From Chloroflexota bacterium (GTDB lineage Bacteria > Chloroflexota > Limnocylindria > Limnocylindrales > CSP1-4): a stretch of DNA of 64,000 nt. The stretch's first letter is position 1. Each line of letters opens with the position of its first letter. Below the pieces are notes generated by a model. That model made no database searches. It was not told where the DNA came from and saw only the letters and a program-made list of their open reading frames with translations. This document shows, piece after piece, positions 12,717-21,271 of the stretch. The position numbers were made by a program, and so were the translations under genes. Where the stretch lies: assembly GCA_016200665.1 (NCBI GenBank), contig JACQEG010000019.1, positions 6,126 through 70,125 of the forward strand. The letters run 5' to 3'.

Positions 12717-13696
12717 GCCCGGGGAGCGCGAGCCCGGGGAGCGCGAGCCCGCCCGACGGCATCTCCATCCGGGCCGCCGTCGAGGCGGACCTGCCCGACT
12801 GCGAGCGGATCTGGCGCGACGGTCTCAACGACTACCTCCGGAGGCTCAACCAGCTGGAGATCCCGCCGGAGAATCCCGGCCTGCGGCGCCTCCATGCCCA
12901 CACCCTCGCGACGGACCCGGATCGATTCGCCGTCGCGGAGCGCGATGGCCGCGTGCTGGCGTTCGGCTCGGCGGTGCGGCGGGCCGACGTCGGATTCCTC
13001 TCGATGCTGTTCGTCGACCCGTCGGACCAGGCCCGGGGCGTGGGCCGGACGCTGCTGGAGCGGATCCTGCCGGCCGGCGCCGCGTCGATCCTCGGGACCG
13101 TCACGGACAGCCTCCAGCCGATCTCGAACGGCCTGTATGCGTCGCTCGGGATCGTGCCCCGGATGCCGCTCTTCAACCTGGTCGGGCGGCCGCGGGTGGG
13201 CTGGACGCCCGGGCCACTGCCGGCCGGGGTCACGATCGAGGAGCTCGCGACGACCGGGGGCGGCGACACGGCAGCTCCCGGGACGGTCGCGTTCAGGGCG
13301 GGCGTCGCGGCCGAGGTCGCCGCGCTGGATCGTGAGGTCGTCGGCTACGAGCATCCTGCGGATCACGCGTTCATGCTCCACGAGCGTCCGACGGTGTTCG
13401 GTTACCGCGCCGCGGACGGGTCACTCGCCGGCTACGGCTACACCTCGCCGGTCGGGCGAATCGGGCCGGTCGCGGTTCGCGATCCCGAGCTCCTCGCGCC
13501 GGTCGTGGCGCACCTGCTGACGGCCGTGGAGCCACGGGGCGCGTCGGCGATCTGGCTGCCCGGCGGGGCCGGCGGCGCAGTCACGATGAGCCTCGACGCG
13601 GGCCTCCGGTTCGAGGACTTCCCGCTGTTGCTGTGCTGGAGCCGGCCGTTCGCGGACTTCGGCCGCTACATCCCGATCTCACCCGGCCTGCCGTAG
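12713..13696 (+). CDS. GNAT-family N-acetyltransferase (two-domain)
   Basis: The ATG forms an ATGA overlap with the prfB stop. The acetyl-CoA motif is FLSMLFVDPSDQARGVGRTLLERIL. 327 aa. Confidence 0.8.
   Translation: MSPGSASPGSASPPDGISIRAAVEADLPDCERIWRDGLNDYLRRLNQLEIPPENPGLRRLHAHTLATDPDRFAVAERDGRVLAFGSAVRRADVGFLSMLFVDPSDQARGVGRTLLERILPAGAASILGTVTDSLQPISNGLYASLGIVPRMPLFNLVGRPRVGWTPGPLPAGVTIEELATTGGGDTAAPGTVAFRAGVAAEVAALDREVVGYEHPADHAFMLHERPTVFGYRAADGSLAGYGYTSPVGRIGPVAVRDPELLAPVVAHLLTAVEPRGASAIWLPGGAGGAVTMSLDAGLRFEDFPLLLCWSRPFADFGRYIPISPGLP
12715..12751 (+). repeat. 15-bp tandem repeat (GAGCCCGGGGAGCGC x2.5) at the 5' end of the GNAT gene
   Basis: Read directly: units at 12715-12729 and 12730-12744 plus a partial third. 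It encodes SPGSA-SPGSA. Confidence 0.85.
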
Positions 13697-13909
13697 GCCT
13701 GGGCTGCCGGAGCAGCCGGCCCGGGCTGCCGGCACGAGTTGCCGGGCAGGACCATTTGGCCATCCGGGCCCTGTTCAGCGGCTGGTTGCCGCCTCGCGCC
13801 GAGGGGGTGTAGCCTCGGCCGGAACACGTGGCTCCACGTCGTGCCCGCGATCGGAGTCCTCCAGGCGCTGCGAGAAGCCTCGCGGCATGACCGATCGGCG
13901 GAGACCAGC

Positions 13910-14734
13910 TTGACGCTCGCCCCCTTCCGCAACCGACGCCCGTCGCCTCCCGTCGACGGTGCGGCCGACGGGACGGCCCCCGAGAAGGGCAGGCCCGGGG
14001 CGTTCGGCCGCCGGCCACGGGCCGCCGCGGGGGAGCGGCGTCGGCCGGTCCTCGTCCTCAACAACGTCACCAAGACCTTCCCGAACGGGCGATCGGCCCT
14101 CAAGGAGGTCGATCTCGTCGTGCCGGAGGGCGACTTCGTGTTCCTCGTCGGCCAATCCGGCGCCGGGAAGTCGACCCTCATCAAGCTCCTCATCCGCGAC
14201 GAGCTGGCGACCGAGGGCCAGGTCATCCTCGACGGCGACGACCTGGCGCGGCTGCCGCGGCGCAAGGTGCCGAACGTCCGTCGGAAGGTCGGCATCGTGT
14301 TCCAGGACTTCAAGCTCCTGCCGACGAAGACCGTCCGCGAGAACATCGCCTTCGCGCTGGAGGTCACCGGGACGCCTCGGCGGGCGATCGGGCCGGCGGT
14401 GGATCGCGTGCTGGCCCTCGTCGGGCTCACCGAGCAGGCTGCCCAGTACCCGAGCCAGCTGTCGGGCGGCGAGCAGCAGCGGACCGCGATCGCCCGGGCC
14501 CTCGTCCACGATCCCCGGATCGTCATCGCCGACGAGCCGACCGGGAACCTCGATCCGCTGATCTCGTGGGAGATCCTGCAACTCCTGCTGCGGATCAACG
14601 AGCTCGGGGTCACGGTCATGATGGCAACCCACGACGCCGACGTCGTCACCGCCCTGCGCAAGCGTGTCGTGGCCCTCGAGGAGGGCCGCGTCATCCGCGA
14701 CGAGGTCGGTGGCGGCTACCACCGGACGACCTAG
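13910..14734 (+). CDS. ftsE: Cell-division ABC ATPase FtsE (start uncertain)
   Basis: Motifs seen are Walker A GQSGAGKST, LSGGEQQR and Walker B IVIADEPTGNLD. There is no start codon near the conserved N-terminus. TTG 13910 is chosen because GGAGA lies 6 nt upstream; GTG 13841 and ATG 13739 are alternatives. Confidence 0.88.
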   Translation: MTLAPFRNRRPSPPVDGAADGTAPEKGRPGAFGRRPRAAAGERRRPVLVLNNVTKTFPNGRSALKEVDLVVPEGDFVFLVGQSGAGKSTLIKLLIRDELATEGQVILDGDDLARLPRRKVPNVRRKVGIVFQDFKLLPTKTVRENIAFALEVTGTPRRAIGPAVDRVLALVGLTEQAAQYPSQLSGGEQQRTAIARALVHDPRIVIADEPTGNLDPLISWEILQLLLRINELGVTVMMATHDADVVTALRKRVVALEEGRVIRDEVGGGYHRTT

Positions 14735-14738
14735 GCCG

Positions 14739-15623
14739 ATGCTCGCCTTCCTCGGCTTCAGCGTCCAGCGGGCCTGGCAGGGGTTCTGGCGCAACGCGGC
14801 GATGAGCCTCGCCGCGACCGCCACGATGACCCTCATGCTCATGCTCCTCGCCGGGTTCTGGGTGGTCCAGGCCGGGCTCCTCGCCGGGCTCGACTTCGCG
14901 GAGCAGAAGGTCCAGGTCGTCGCGGACCTGGTCGACGACACGCCCCAGACGGCGATCTCCGACCTGGAGCGTCAGCTCACGGCGATGCCCGAGGTCAGGA
15001 CCGTCGACTACGTCTCCAAGGAGGAGGCGCTGCAGCGCTTCCGCGACAGTCGCGCCGCCCAGGGCCAGTCCGACCTCACGACCTTCCTCGCCCAGAACCC
15101 GCTACCGGCGAGCCTCGAGGTGAGCCTCTGGCGCGCCTCCGACTACGCCCCCGTGGCCGAGCTCCTGCGGGGCGACAAGAACGTCAAGCGGGTCACGAAC
15201 ATCGCCGACCTCGCCGCCCGGATCACGACGATCAGCGAGTTCCTCCGGACGGGCGGGGTGGTCCTGCTCGGGATCGTCGGGGCGATCGTCCTGTTCATCA
15301 TCATCAACACGATCCGGCTCGCGGTCCTGGGCCGGGCCGAGGAGATCGAGGTCATGCGGCTCGTCGGCGCCTCGGACGCCTTCATCCGCTGGCCGTTCGT
15401 GTTCGAGGGGGCGCTGGTGGGGCTCCTCGGCGCGGTCCTGACGCTCAGCGTCCTCGGGGCGGCGTCCGACCCGCTCAGCCGGATGATGGTCGACTTCTTC
15501 CAGATCCTGCCGATCCGGGTGGGGACGATCTCGCGCGACGTCGCGGTCCTCGTGCTGGGCACGGGCCTCGGGCTGGGCGTCCTCGGCGCCTGGGTGTCCG
15601 TCCGGACGTACCTCATCCGCTGA
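14739..15623 (+). CDS. ftsX: Cell-division permease-like protein FtsX
   Basis: ATG 14739 lies 4 nt after the ftsE stop. The translation begins MLAFLGFSVQRAWQGFWRN, followed by TM1, a periplasmic domain and three C-terminal TM helices. Confidence 0.9.
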   Translation: MLAFLGFSVQRAWQGFWRNAAMSLAATATMTLMLMLLAGFWVVQAGLLAGLDFAEQKVQVVADLVDDTPQTAISDLERQLTAMPEVRTVDYVSKEEALQRFRDSRAAQGQSDLTTFLAQNPLPASLEVSLWRASDYAPVAELLRGDKNVKRVTNIADLAARITTISEFLRTGGVVLLGIVGAIVLFIIINTIRLAVLGRAEEIEVMRLVGASDAFIRWPFVFEGALVGLLGAVLTLSVLGAASDPLSRMMVDFFQILPIRVGTISRDVAVLVLGTGLGLGVLGAWVSVRTYLIR

Positions 15624-15704
15624 CCTCGGCGGCGCGCCTCCTGACCTCCGCGGCGCGTCTCGTGGCCCCCGCGGCGCATCCGGAGACCCCGGCGGCGCGT
15701 AGGG
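15621..15704. repeat. Four degenerate tandem copies of a 21-bp unit (core CCYCSGCGGCGCR)
   Basis: Units lie at 15621-41, 15642-62, 15663-83 and 15684-704. Hand-counted identity is u1/u2 18 of 21, u2/u3 16 of 21 and u1/u4 14 of 21. Unit 1 starts with the ftsX stop codon. Confidence 0.8.
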
Positions 15705-15765
15705 GCTCTCAGACGCGGACGCGGTAGGCTTGCCGCCCGCCCGACGAACCAGAGGACTTCGCTCG

Positions 15766-17277
15766 ATGCTCCCGAACCCGAATCCCGACGCGGCCGAGCC
15801 GGTCGCGGAGCCTGCCTTCGAACCCCCCATCGGGCCGGTCCAGACCGATCTCCCCGGCTACGTCGCGGGTCCCGCCCCCGTGCCGGTCGGGCGCGCGCCG
15901 CGGCGACTGGGCGGGGCGCTCATCGGCGTGGCGATCGCCCTCGTCGCGGTTCTCGGTGGCGGTGGCCTGTTCCTGTCGGGCTACTCGCTCGGCACCCACC
16001 AGGCCAGCCAGCCGGGCACGAGCCCGAGCGACGACGCGGCCTTCCAGCCGTTCTGGGATGCCTACCACAACGTCATCTCGAAGTTCGCGCTCGGCCCGGT
16101 CGACAAGACCAAGGTGGTCGAGGGCGCGATCAAGGGCATGGTCGATTCCCTCGGCGACCCATTCTCCTCGTACCTGTCGCCGGAGGACTTCGCCAACACC
16201 CTGTCGGACATCTCCGGGCAGTTCGAGGGAATCGGCGCCGAGATCGGCACGGTCGATGCGACGGGCAAGCAGGTCGACTGCTCGACGTTCGGGTCCGACT
16301 GCCATCTCGAGATCGCCCGGCCGCTGCCGGGCTCGCCGGCAGAACAGGCCGGGCTCAAGGCCGGTGACGTCGTCCTCGCGGTCGACGGCACGTCGCTCGA
16401 CGGCCTCAACCCGGACCAGGCGCGGAACAAGATCCGGGGCCCGAAGGGCACCTCGGTCAAGCTCACGATCCAACGCGGCACCGGGACGCCGTTCGACGTC
16501 ACGATCGTCCGGGCGACGATCCAGCGCCAGGAGGTCACGAGCAAGGACCTCGCCAACGGGGCGATCGGCTACGTGCGGCTCGAGGGCTTCTCGGAGAACG
16601 GCGCGGACGCGCTCGTCGCGGCGGTCAAAGCCCACGTCGCGAAGGGCCAGAAGCAGCTCATTTTCGATCTCCGCGGCAACCCGGGCGGGTTCATCGATGC
16701 TGCCCAGCGGGTCGCCTCGGCGTTCATCGCCTCCGGCCCGGTCTTCTGGCAGCGCGACGCCAGCGGAACGGACACGGAGACCGACGCCATCGCCGGTGGT
16801 CCCGCCACCGATCCGTCGATCGAGGTGATCCTGCTCGTCGACGGCGGCAGCGCCTCCGCCAGCGAGATCGTCACGGGCGCCCTGAAGGACACCCATCGCG
16901 CCACGATCGTCGGCGAGACGACCTACGGCAAGGGCACCGTCCAGACGTGGTTCCCGCTCGGCAACAACGGCGACGAGGGCGGCGTGAAGCTCACCGTCGC
17001 CAAGTGGCTGACCCCGGACAAGCACTGGATCCACCACACCGGGATCGCGCCCGACGTCGAGGTCACCGTTCCGGCCGACACCCCGGCTGGCTCGGACCCG
17101 GTCCTCGACAAGGCCGTTGTGCTGCTGACCTCCGGCCAGCCGCTGCCCAGCTCCGCGCCGTACCCGACCGGCTCGCCCTCGCCCTCTGAGGCCCCGTCGC
17201 CGGCCGCCTCGCCGGCCGCACCGGGGTCGTCGTCGATCCTCCAGTGGTGGTCCCTGGTGCGGGAGCTTGCCGCGTAG
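15766..17277 (+). CDS. S41 carboxy-terminal processing protease (PDZ-containing), membrane-anchored
   Basis: ATG 15766 has AGAGGA 9 nt upstream. The protein has an N-terminal TM helix, a PDZ region (GSPAEQAGLKAGDVVLAVDG), and the S41 motifs DLRGNPGG and SASASEIVTGALKD. Confidence 0.9.
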   Translation: MLPNPNPDAAEPVAEPAFEPPIGPVQTDLPGYVAGPAPVPVGRAPRRLGGALIGVAIALVAVLGGGGLFLSGYSLGTHQASQPGTSPSDDAAFQPFWDAYHNVISKFALGPVDKTKVVEGAIKGMVDSLGDPFSSYLSPEDFANTLSDISGQFEGIGAEIGTVDATGKQVDCSTFGSDCHLEIARPLPGSPAEQAGLKAGDVVLAVDGTSLDGLNPDQARNKIRGPKGTSVKLTIQRGTGTPFDVTIVRATIQRQEVTSKDLANGAIGYVRLEGFSENGADALVAAVKAHVAKGQKQLIFDLRGNPGGFIDAAQRVASAFIASGPVFWQRDASGTDTETDAIAGGPATDPSIEVILLVDGGSASASEIVTGALKDTHRATIVGETTYGKGTVQTWFPLGNNGDEGGVKLTVAKWLTPDKHWIHHTGIAPDVEVTVPADTPAGSDPVLDKAVVLLTSGQPLPSSAPYPTGSPSPSEAPSPAASPAAPGSSSILQWWSLVRELAA

Positions 17278-17383
17278 CGCTGGTGTGCATCTGACAGGAA
17301 CCCGCCAGCCCTCGGGCGGCCGCGGACCCGCCGAGGCTGTTGCGCTCTCAACGGCGTTCGGGTAGGGTTCCCCACGATCGAAA

Positions 17384-17507
17384 GGAGGTGATGTGCAGTG
17401 TCAGAACACAGTCGCTGCACCACCTCGCAGGAGATGGCCGTCTAGCCGGTCAGCACCTGCGGGTGGTCTGCCGCAACCGAACGCCGGCCCTCGCGGGCCG
17501 GCGTTCG
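17384..17507 (+). promoter_or_regulatory. Structured intergenic element: strong SD in a hairpin, a 15-codon micro-ORF, then an intrinsic terminator
   Basis: GGAGG lies at 17384-88. GAGGTG(at)GTGCAG (17385-98) pairs with CTGCACCACCTC (17415-26). GTG 17398 opens MSEHSRCTTSQEMAV, ending at TAG 17443-45. The terminator hairpin follows at 17478-17507. Confidence 0.35.
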
Positions 17508-17515
17508 TGCGTTTG
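17478..17515 (+). terminator. Rho-independent-type terminator hairpin
   Basis: A perfect 13-bp stem (CGAACGCCGGCCC / GGGCCGGCGTTCG) with a TCGC loop is followed by TGCGTTTG, a weak T tract. Confidence 0.5.
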
Positions 17516-17578
17516 CGGATCGGATCTCCACCCCTGGGTTCCGCCCGCCGCGGCGTGGTCCTGTAGCCTGTTGCGCCC

Positions 17579-18043
17579 ATGCCCGCCGAGAAGACGATCG
17601 CCCTCAACCGCCGCGCACGCCACGAGTTCTCGATCGAAGACACGATCGAGGCCGGCATCGTGCTGACCGGGACCGAGATCAAGTCGATCCGGGCGAACAA
17701 GGTCAACCTGGCCGATGCGTACGCCCGCATCGACCGCGGCGAGGCCTGGCTCGTCGGCGCGCACATCGCGCCGTGGGACGCCGGCAACCGCTACAACCAC
17801 GAGCCCCGTCGCGACCGCAAGCTGCTGCTGCACAAGTCCCAGATCGACGAGCTGCTCGGAAAGACGAAGTCGAAGGGCCTCGTGCTCATCGCGCTCCGGC
17901 TCTACATCGACAACCGGGGCAAGGCGAAGCTGGAGCTGGGACTCGGCAAGGGCAAGCAGCTCCATGATCGCCGGCGCGACATCGCGGCCCGCGACGCCCA
18001 GCGCCAGATGGAGCGCGACCTCGCCGAGGCGACCCGCCGCTAG
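17579..18043 (+). CDS. smpB: SsrA-binding protein SmpB
   Basis: 154 aa. Motifs seen are NRRARHEFSIEDTIEAGIVLTGTEIKSIR and RKLLLHKSQIDEL. TGTAGCCT (-10-like) ends 9 nt before the ATG. Confidence 0.95.
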   Translation: MPAEKTIALNRRARHEFSIEDTIEAGIVLTGTEIKSIRANKVNLADAYARIDRGEAWLVGAHIAPWDAGNRYNHEPRRDRKLLLHKSQIDELLGKTKSKGLVLIALRLYIDNRGKAKLELGLGKGKQLHDRRRDIAARDAQRQMERDLAEATRR

Positions 18044-18055
18044 CTGGGATTCGAG

Positions 18056-19636
18056 CTAGCGAAGCAGGTAGCGGCGGCTCAGCGGGACCTCGTCCACCGG
18101 GTCGACCGCGAGGCGGCGGCCGGCGAGGGTCACCGTGCCGTCGATCGGGCTGACCTCGACCGGCGCGGTGGCGCGGTTGCGGGTCAGCGAGGCGCGGGTC
18201 AGCCCGCGGCAGCCGGCGACAGGGATCAGGGTCCGCGTCGTGTCGAGGTGCCGGCGGAGGGCGTCGAGGTCGGCCGACGCGGAGACGAACGTGACTGCGA
18301 CCGAGCGGGCCGAGTGGGGGAGGCCGGCCCAGTCCGGGGCGTAGCGCGTCGGCTCCGCGCTCCGAACCGACGCGTTGCCCTCGCCGAGCGGCGCCCAGGC
18401 CTGGTGGCCGCCCTTGATGACGGCGGCGGGCTTCACGCCGAAATAGCCGGGCCTCCACAGGACGATGTCGGCCAGGTGGCCCGTCGTCAGGGTGCCGACC
18501 AGGTCCGAGATGCCATGGGTGATCGCGGGCTCGATCGTGACCTTTGCGAGATAGCGCAGCACCCGCTCGTTGTCGTCTGGACCGGCCTCCGAACCCGGCT
18601 CCGCGCCGGCGGCCGCGCCCGGGACAGCCCCATGGCCGTCGGCGGGCAGGCCCGGGTGGCCACGGCCATCGGCGGTCGCCCGCCAGGCCTTCATGACGTG
18701 AGCCAGCTGGAAGGCTCGCCGGACCGTCTCCATGATCCGGCCCATCCCCTGCGAGTCCGAGTTGACGATCTGGATCGCGCCGAGCTCGTGGAGCGGCCCC
18801 TCGGCTGCCATCGTCGCGGGGTGGAGGCGCTCGCGGACGAGCGCCATGTCCTCCGGGATCGTGAACGTGCCGCCGTGGGTCACGACCGTCATCGGGATCG
18901 CCTCGTCGCCGGCCGACCGTCCGAACGGGATCGTCGGCGTCGTCGATGAGCAGATGACGTTCGCCTCGCGGACGAGGCCGATGAGGTCGGGCACGTGCCC
19001 GCCGCCCGATCCCTCCACGTGGTACGCGTGGACCGTCCGGCCCGCGATCGCGGCGACCGTGTCCTCGAGCTCGGCGCTCTCGTGGAGGCCATCGGTGTGG
19101 AGGCTCACGGACACGTCGTGGGCGTCGGCGTACCGGAGCGTCGCGTCGATCAGCTCCGGGTAGGCGCCGTAGATCGTCGTGACGCCCGCCGACAGCGCCG
19201 CCGGCATGAGATTCGGCGAGATCGTGTGGACGTGGGTGTCGACTGCTCCAGGCGTCGCGATCAGGCCGTAGCCGGCGATGCGTGTGGTGTGCGGCCCGAT
19301 GAGCAGATCGATGCCGTCGCTGATCTCCGGGTTGCCGGCGCGCCCGACGCCGGCGATCCGGCCGTCCTTGACGCCGATGTCGGCCTTGAGGATCCCGAGC
19401 ACGGGGTCGACCACGATGGCGCCCACGATGACGAGGTCGAGCTCCGATGGGCCCGCGCTCGAGGCCTGGGTCATCCCGAGGCGAAGGTTCTTGGCGTAAC
19501 CCCAGATCGGCTCGTCGCCGACGGCCTGGCGATCCTCCTCGACCCGGATCCAGAGATCCGTGTCACCGAGCCGGATGTGGTCGCCGACGCCCGGACCGAA
19601 CCGGGCGAGCCGCTCGCGCTGGGCCAGGCGCGTCAC
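18056..19636 (-). CDS. Urease alpha-subunit homologue with an in-frame loss of the carbamyl-lysine segment (possibly inactive or re-purposed)
   Basis: GTG 19636 forms a GTGA overlap with the upstream stop. The N-terminus FGPGVGDHIRLGDTDLW, plus THVH, LHTD, HVEGSGGGHVPD and NSDSQGMGR, align to UreC. Only 45 residues separate the HxH motif from the next ligand His, versus about 112 in canonical UreC recalled from memory, and that segment contains no Lys. Confidence 0.85.
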   Translation of the reverse strand: MTRLAQRERLARFGPGVGDHIRLGDTDLWIRVEEDRQAVGDEPIWGYAKNLRLGMTQASSAGPSELDLVIVGAIVVDPVLGILKADIGVKDGRIAGVGRAGNPEISDGIDLLIGPHTTRIAGYGLIATPGAVDTHVHTISPNLMPAALSAGVTTIYGAYPELIDATLRYADAHDVSVSLHTDGLHESAELEDTVAAIAGRTVHAYHVEGSGGGHVPDLIGLVREANVICSSTTPTIPFGRSAGDEAIPMTVVTHGGTFTIPEDMALVRERLHPATMAAEGPLHELGAIQIVNSDSQGMGRIMETVRRAFQLAHVMKAWRATADGRGHPGLPADGHGAVPGAAAGAEPGSEAGPDDNERVLRYLAKVTIEPAITHGISDLVGTLTTGHLADIVLWRPGYFGVKPAAVIKGGHQAWAPLGEGNASVRSAEPTRYAPDWAGLPHSARSVAVTFVSASADLDALRRHLDTTRTLIPVAGCRGLTRASLTRNRATAPVEVSPIDGTVTLAGRRLAVDPVDEVPLSRRYLLR

Positions 19637-20283
19637 GAGCCGCCGTCCGACGGCCCGCGACCTGCCGGGGCGCCCGCCGGCCCGCCACCCGATGGCCCGC
19701 GGTAGCGGACGAGCGCCACCGTCTTCGATTCGCCGGGAGCCCAACGCTCCGAGGACCCGGCGGGGAGGTCGAGCCGAAAGCCCGCCACCCCGGCGCGATC
19801 GAACCGAAGTCGGGCGTTGACCCGATCGAATGGAAAATGCGAGGAGATCCGGACGGCGCGACCCGAGGTGTTCTCGACGAGGAGCGTCCGGCGCTCCAGA
19901 TCGGCGGTGGCGTCGGGCGGCTCCTCGACCGCCGGCCTGATCGCCCCGGGCCCTGGCTCCGCGGCGGGCGCCGATCCGGGTCCGCCGAGCGGATCGACGA
20001 GGACGATCAAGCGAACGCCGTCGTCGAGCAGAACCTCGAGGCGAATTTCGCCCACGAGCTCCCGGATGCCCGGCATGACGTCCGCCTGGTCGACGGCCGC
20101 TCGCCCCGCATCCTCGACCTCGGCATAGGTCCGGCCGGCACGAGCTGCCTCCAGCATCGCGTCGCAGATGAGCGCGACCGCCTCCGGCGCGTTCAGCCGC
20201 AGGCCGGCCGCGCGATGCCGTCGCGCCAGCTCGGCGGCCGTGAAGATGAGGAGCCGTTCCTCTTCCCAGGGGGTCAGCAGCAC
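19633..20283 (-). CDS. Urease gamma-beta fusion protein (UreA-UreB)
   Basis: GTG 20283. The N-terminal half is LTPWEEERLLIFTAAELARRH...GVRLIVLVDP (UreA-like). A Pro/Gly linker follows, then LVENTSGRAVRISSHFPFDRVNARLRFDR...FRLDLPAGSSERWAPGE (UreB-like). Confidence 0.85.
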   Translation of the reverse strand: MLLTPWEEERLLIFTAAELARRHRAAGLRLNAPEAVALICDAMLEAARAGRTYAEVEDAGRAAVDQADVMPGIRELVGEIRLEVLLDDGVRLIVLVDPLGGPGSAPAAEPGPGAIRPAVEEPPDATADLERRTLLVENTSGRAVRISSHFPFDRVNARLRFDRAGVAGFRLDLPAGSSERWAPGESKTVALVRYRGPSGGGPAGAPAGRGPSDGGS

Positions 20284-20308
20284 CCGCGCATCCTAGCGGG
20301 CGAGGAGC

Positions 20309-21271
20309 TCAGGTCGCGGCGCCCACCAGCCCGCCCGTCCTGGCACCCAACGGGCCACCGCGACCAGCGGCCGTGACGATCGTGCCGGCTTCGCCGCGGA
20401 GCATTCGCGCCGCGTCGGCGAGCGAGCCGATCGCGGCGAACCCCCCGTCGGAGCGGACGAACCGGCAGGCCGCCTCCACCTTGGGGCCCATCGAGCCCGG
20501 CGCGAAGGTGCGGGCCGCGAGCTCGTCCGGCGTCGCCTCCCGGATCGGGCGAGCCTCCGGCGTGTCCCAGCCGTCGTACGCGGCATCGACGTCGGTCAGC
20601 ATGAGGAAGGCGTCGGCCTTGAGCGACCGCGCGAGGAGCGCGCCCGCGAAGTCCTTGTCGATGACCGCCTCGATCCCGACGTAGCCGCCGTCATCGATGG
20701 CGACCACCGGGATGCCGCCGCCGCCGGCGCAGACGACGATGACCTTGGCCCGGACGAGGAGCTCGATGACGCCGATCTCAAGGATGTCCGTCGGCTGGGG
20801 CGACGGGACGACCCGCCGCCACTTCGCGCCATCGGGCGCGATCGACCAGCCCTTCTCGGCGGCGTGGCGCTCGGCCTCCTCGCGGTCATAGACCGGCCCG
20901 ATCGGCTTGGTCGGGTGGCTGAAGGCCGGGTCGTGGGGCGAGACGGCGATTCGGGTGAGCAGCGTCGCGAGCGGGCGTCCCGCGGGCAGCAGGTTGCCGA
21001 GCTCCTGCTCGAGGAGGTAGCCGATCATCCCCTCCGTCTCGGCGTCGAGGATGTCAAGCGGGTACTCCTCGTCGGGCTTGTAGGCCGCGTTCTGGAGCGA
21101 CAGCAGCCCGACCTGGGGGCCGTTGCCGTGGGTCAGCACGAGATCGTGCTCGAGCGCGATCGGCAGGAGCGCCCGGGCCGCGACCGCGATGTTCGCCCGC
21201 TGGTTCTCGGCGGTCATCGGCTCGCCGCGGCGGAGGAGCGCGTTGCCGCCGAGCGCGGCGACGACCCGCAT
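20309..21271 (-). CDS. arcC: Carbamate kinase
   Basis: Motifs seen are [29 protein letters not shown] and [13 protein letters not shown]. Its ATG shares one base with the OTC stop (TGATG). Confidence 0.9.
   Translation of the reverse strand: MRVVAALGGNALLRRGEPMTAENQRANIAVAARALLPIALEHDLVLTHGNGPQVGLLSLQNAAYKPDEEYPLDILDAETEGMIGYLLEQELGNLLPAGRPLATLLTRIAVSPHDPAFSHPTKPIGPVYDREEAERHAAEKGWSIAPDGAKWRRVVPSPQPTDILEIGVIELLVRAKVIVVCAGGGGIPVVAIDDGGYVGIEAVIDKDFAGALLARSLKADAFLMLTDVDAAYDGWDTPEARPIREATPDELAARTFAPGSMGPKVEAACRFVRSDGGFAAIGSLADAARMLRGEAGTIVTAAGRGGPLGARTGGLVGAAT

Noticed and set aside
17381-17392. AAAGGAGGTGAT, the exact complement of a 16S rRNA 3'-end-like sequence. I considered whether it was a fragment of an rRNA gene on the minus strand.
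   Set aside because: No other 16S-like sequence flanks it. It is simply a very strong Shine-Dalgarno sequence on the plus strand.
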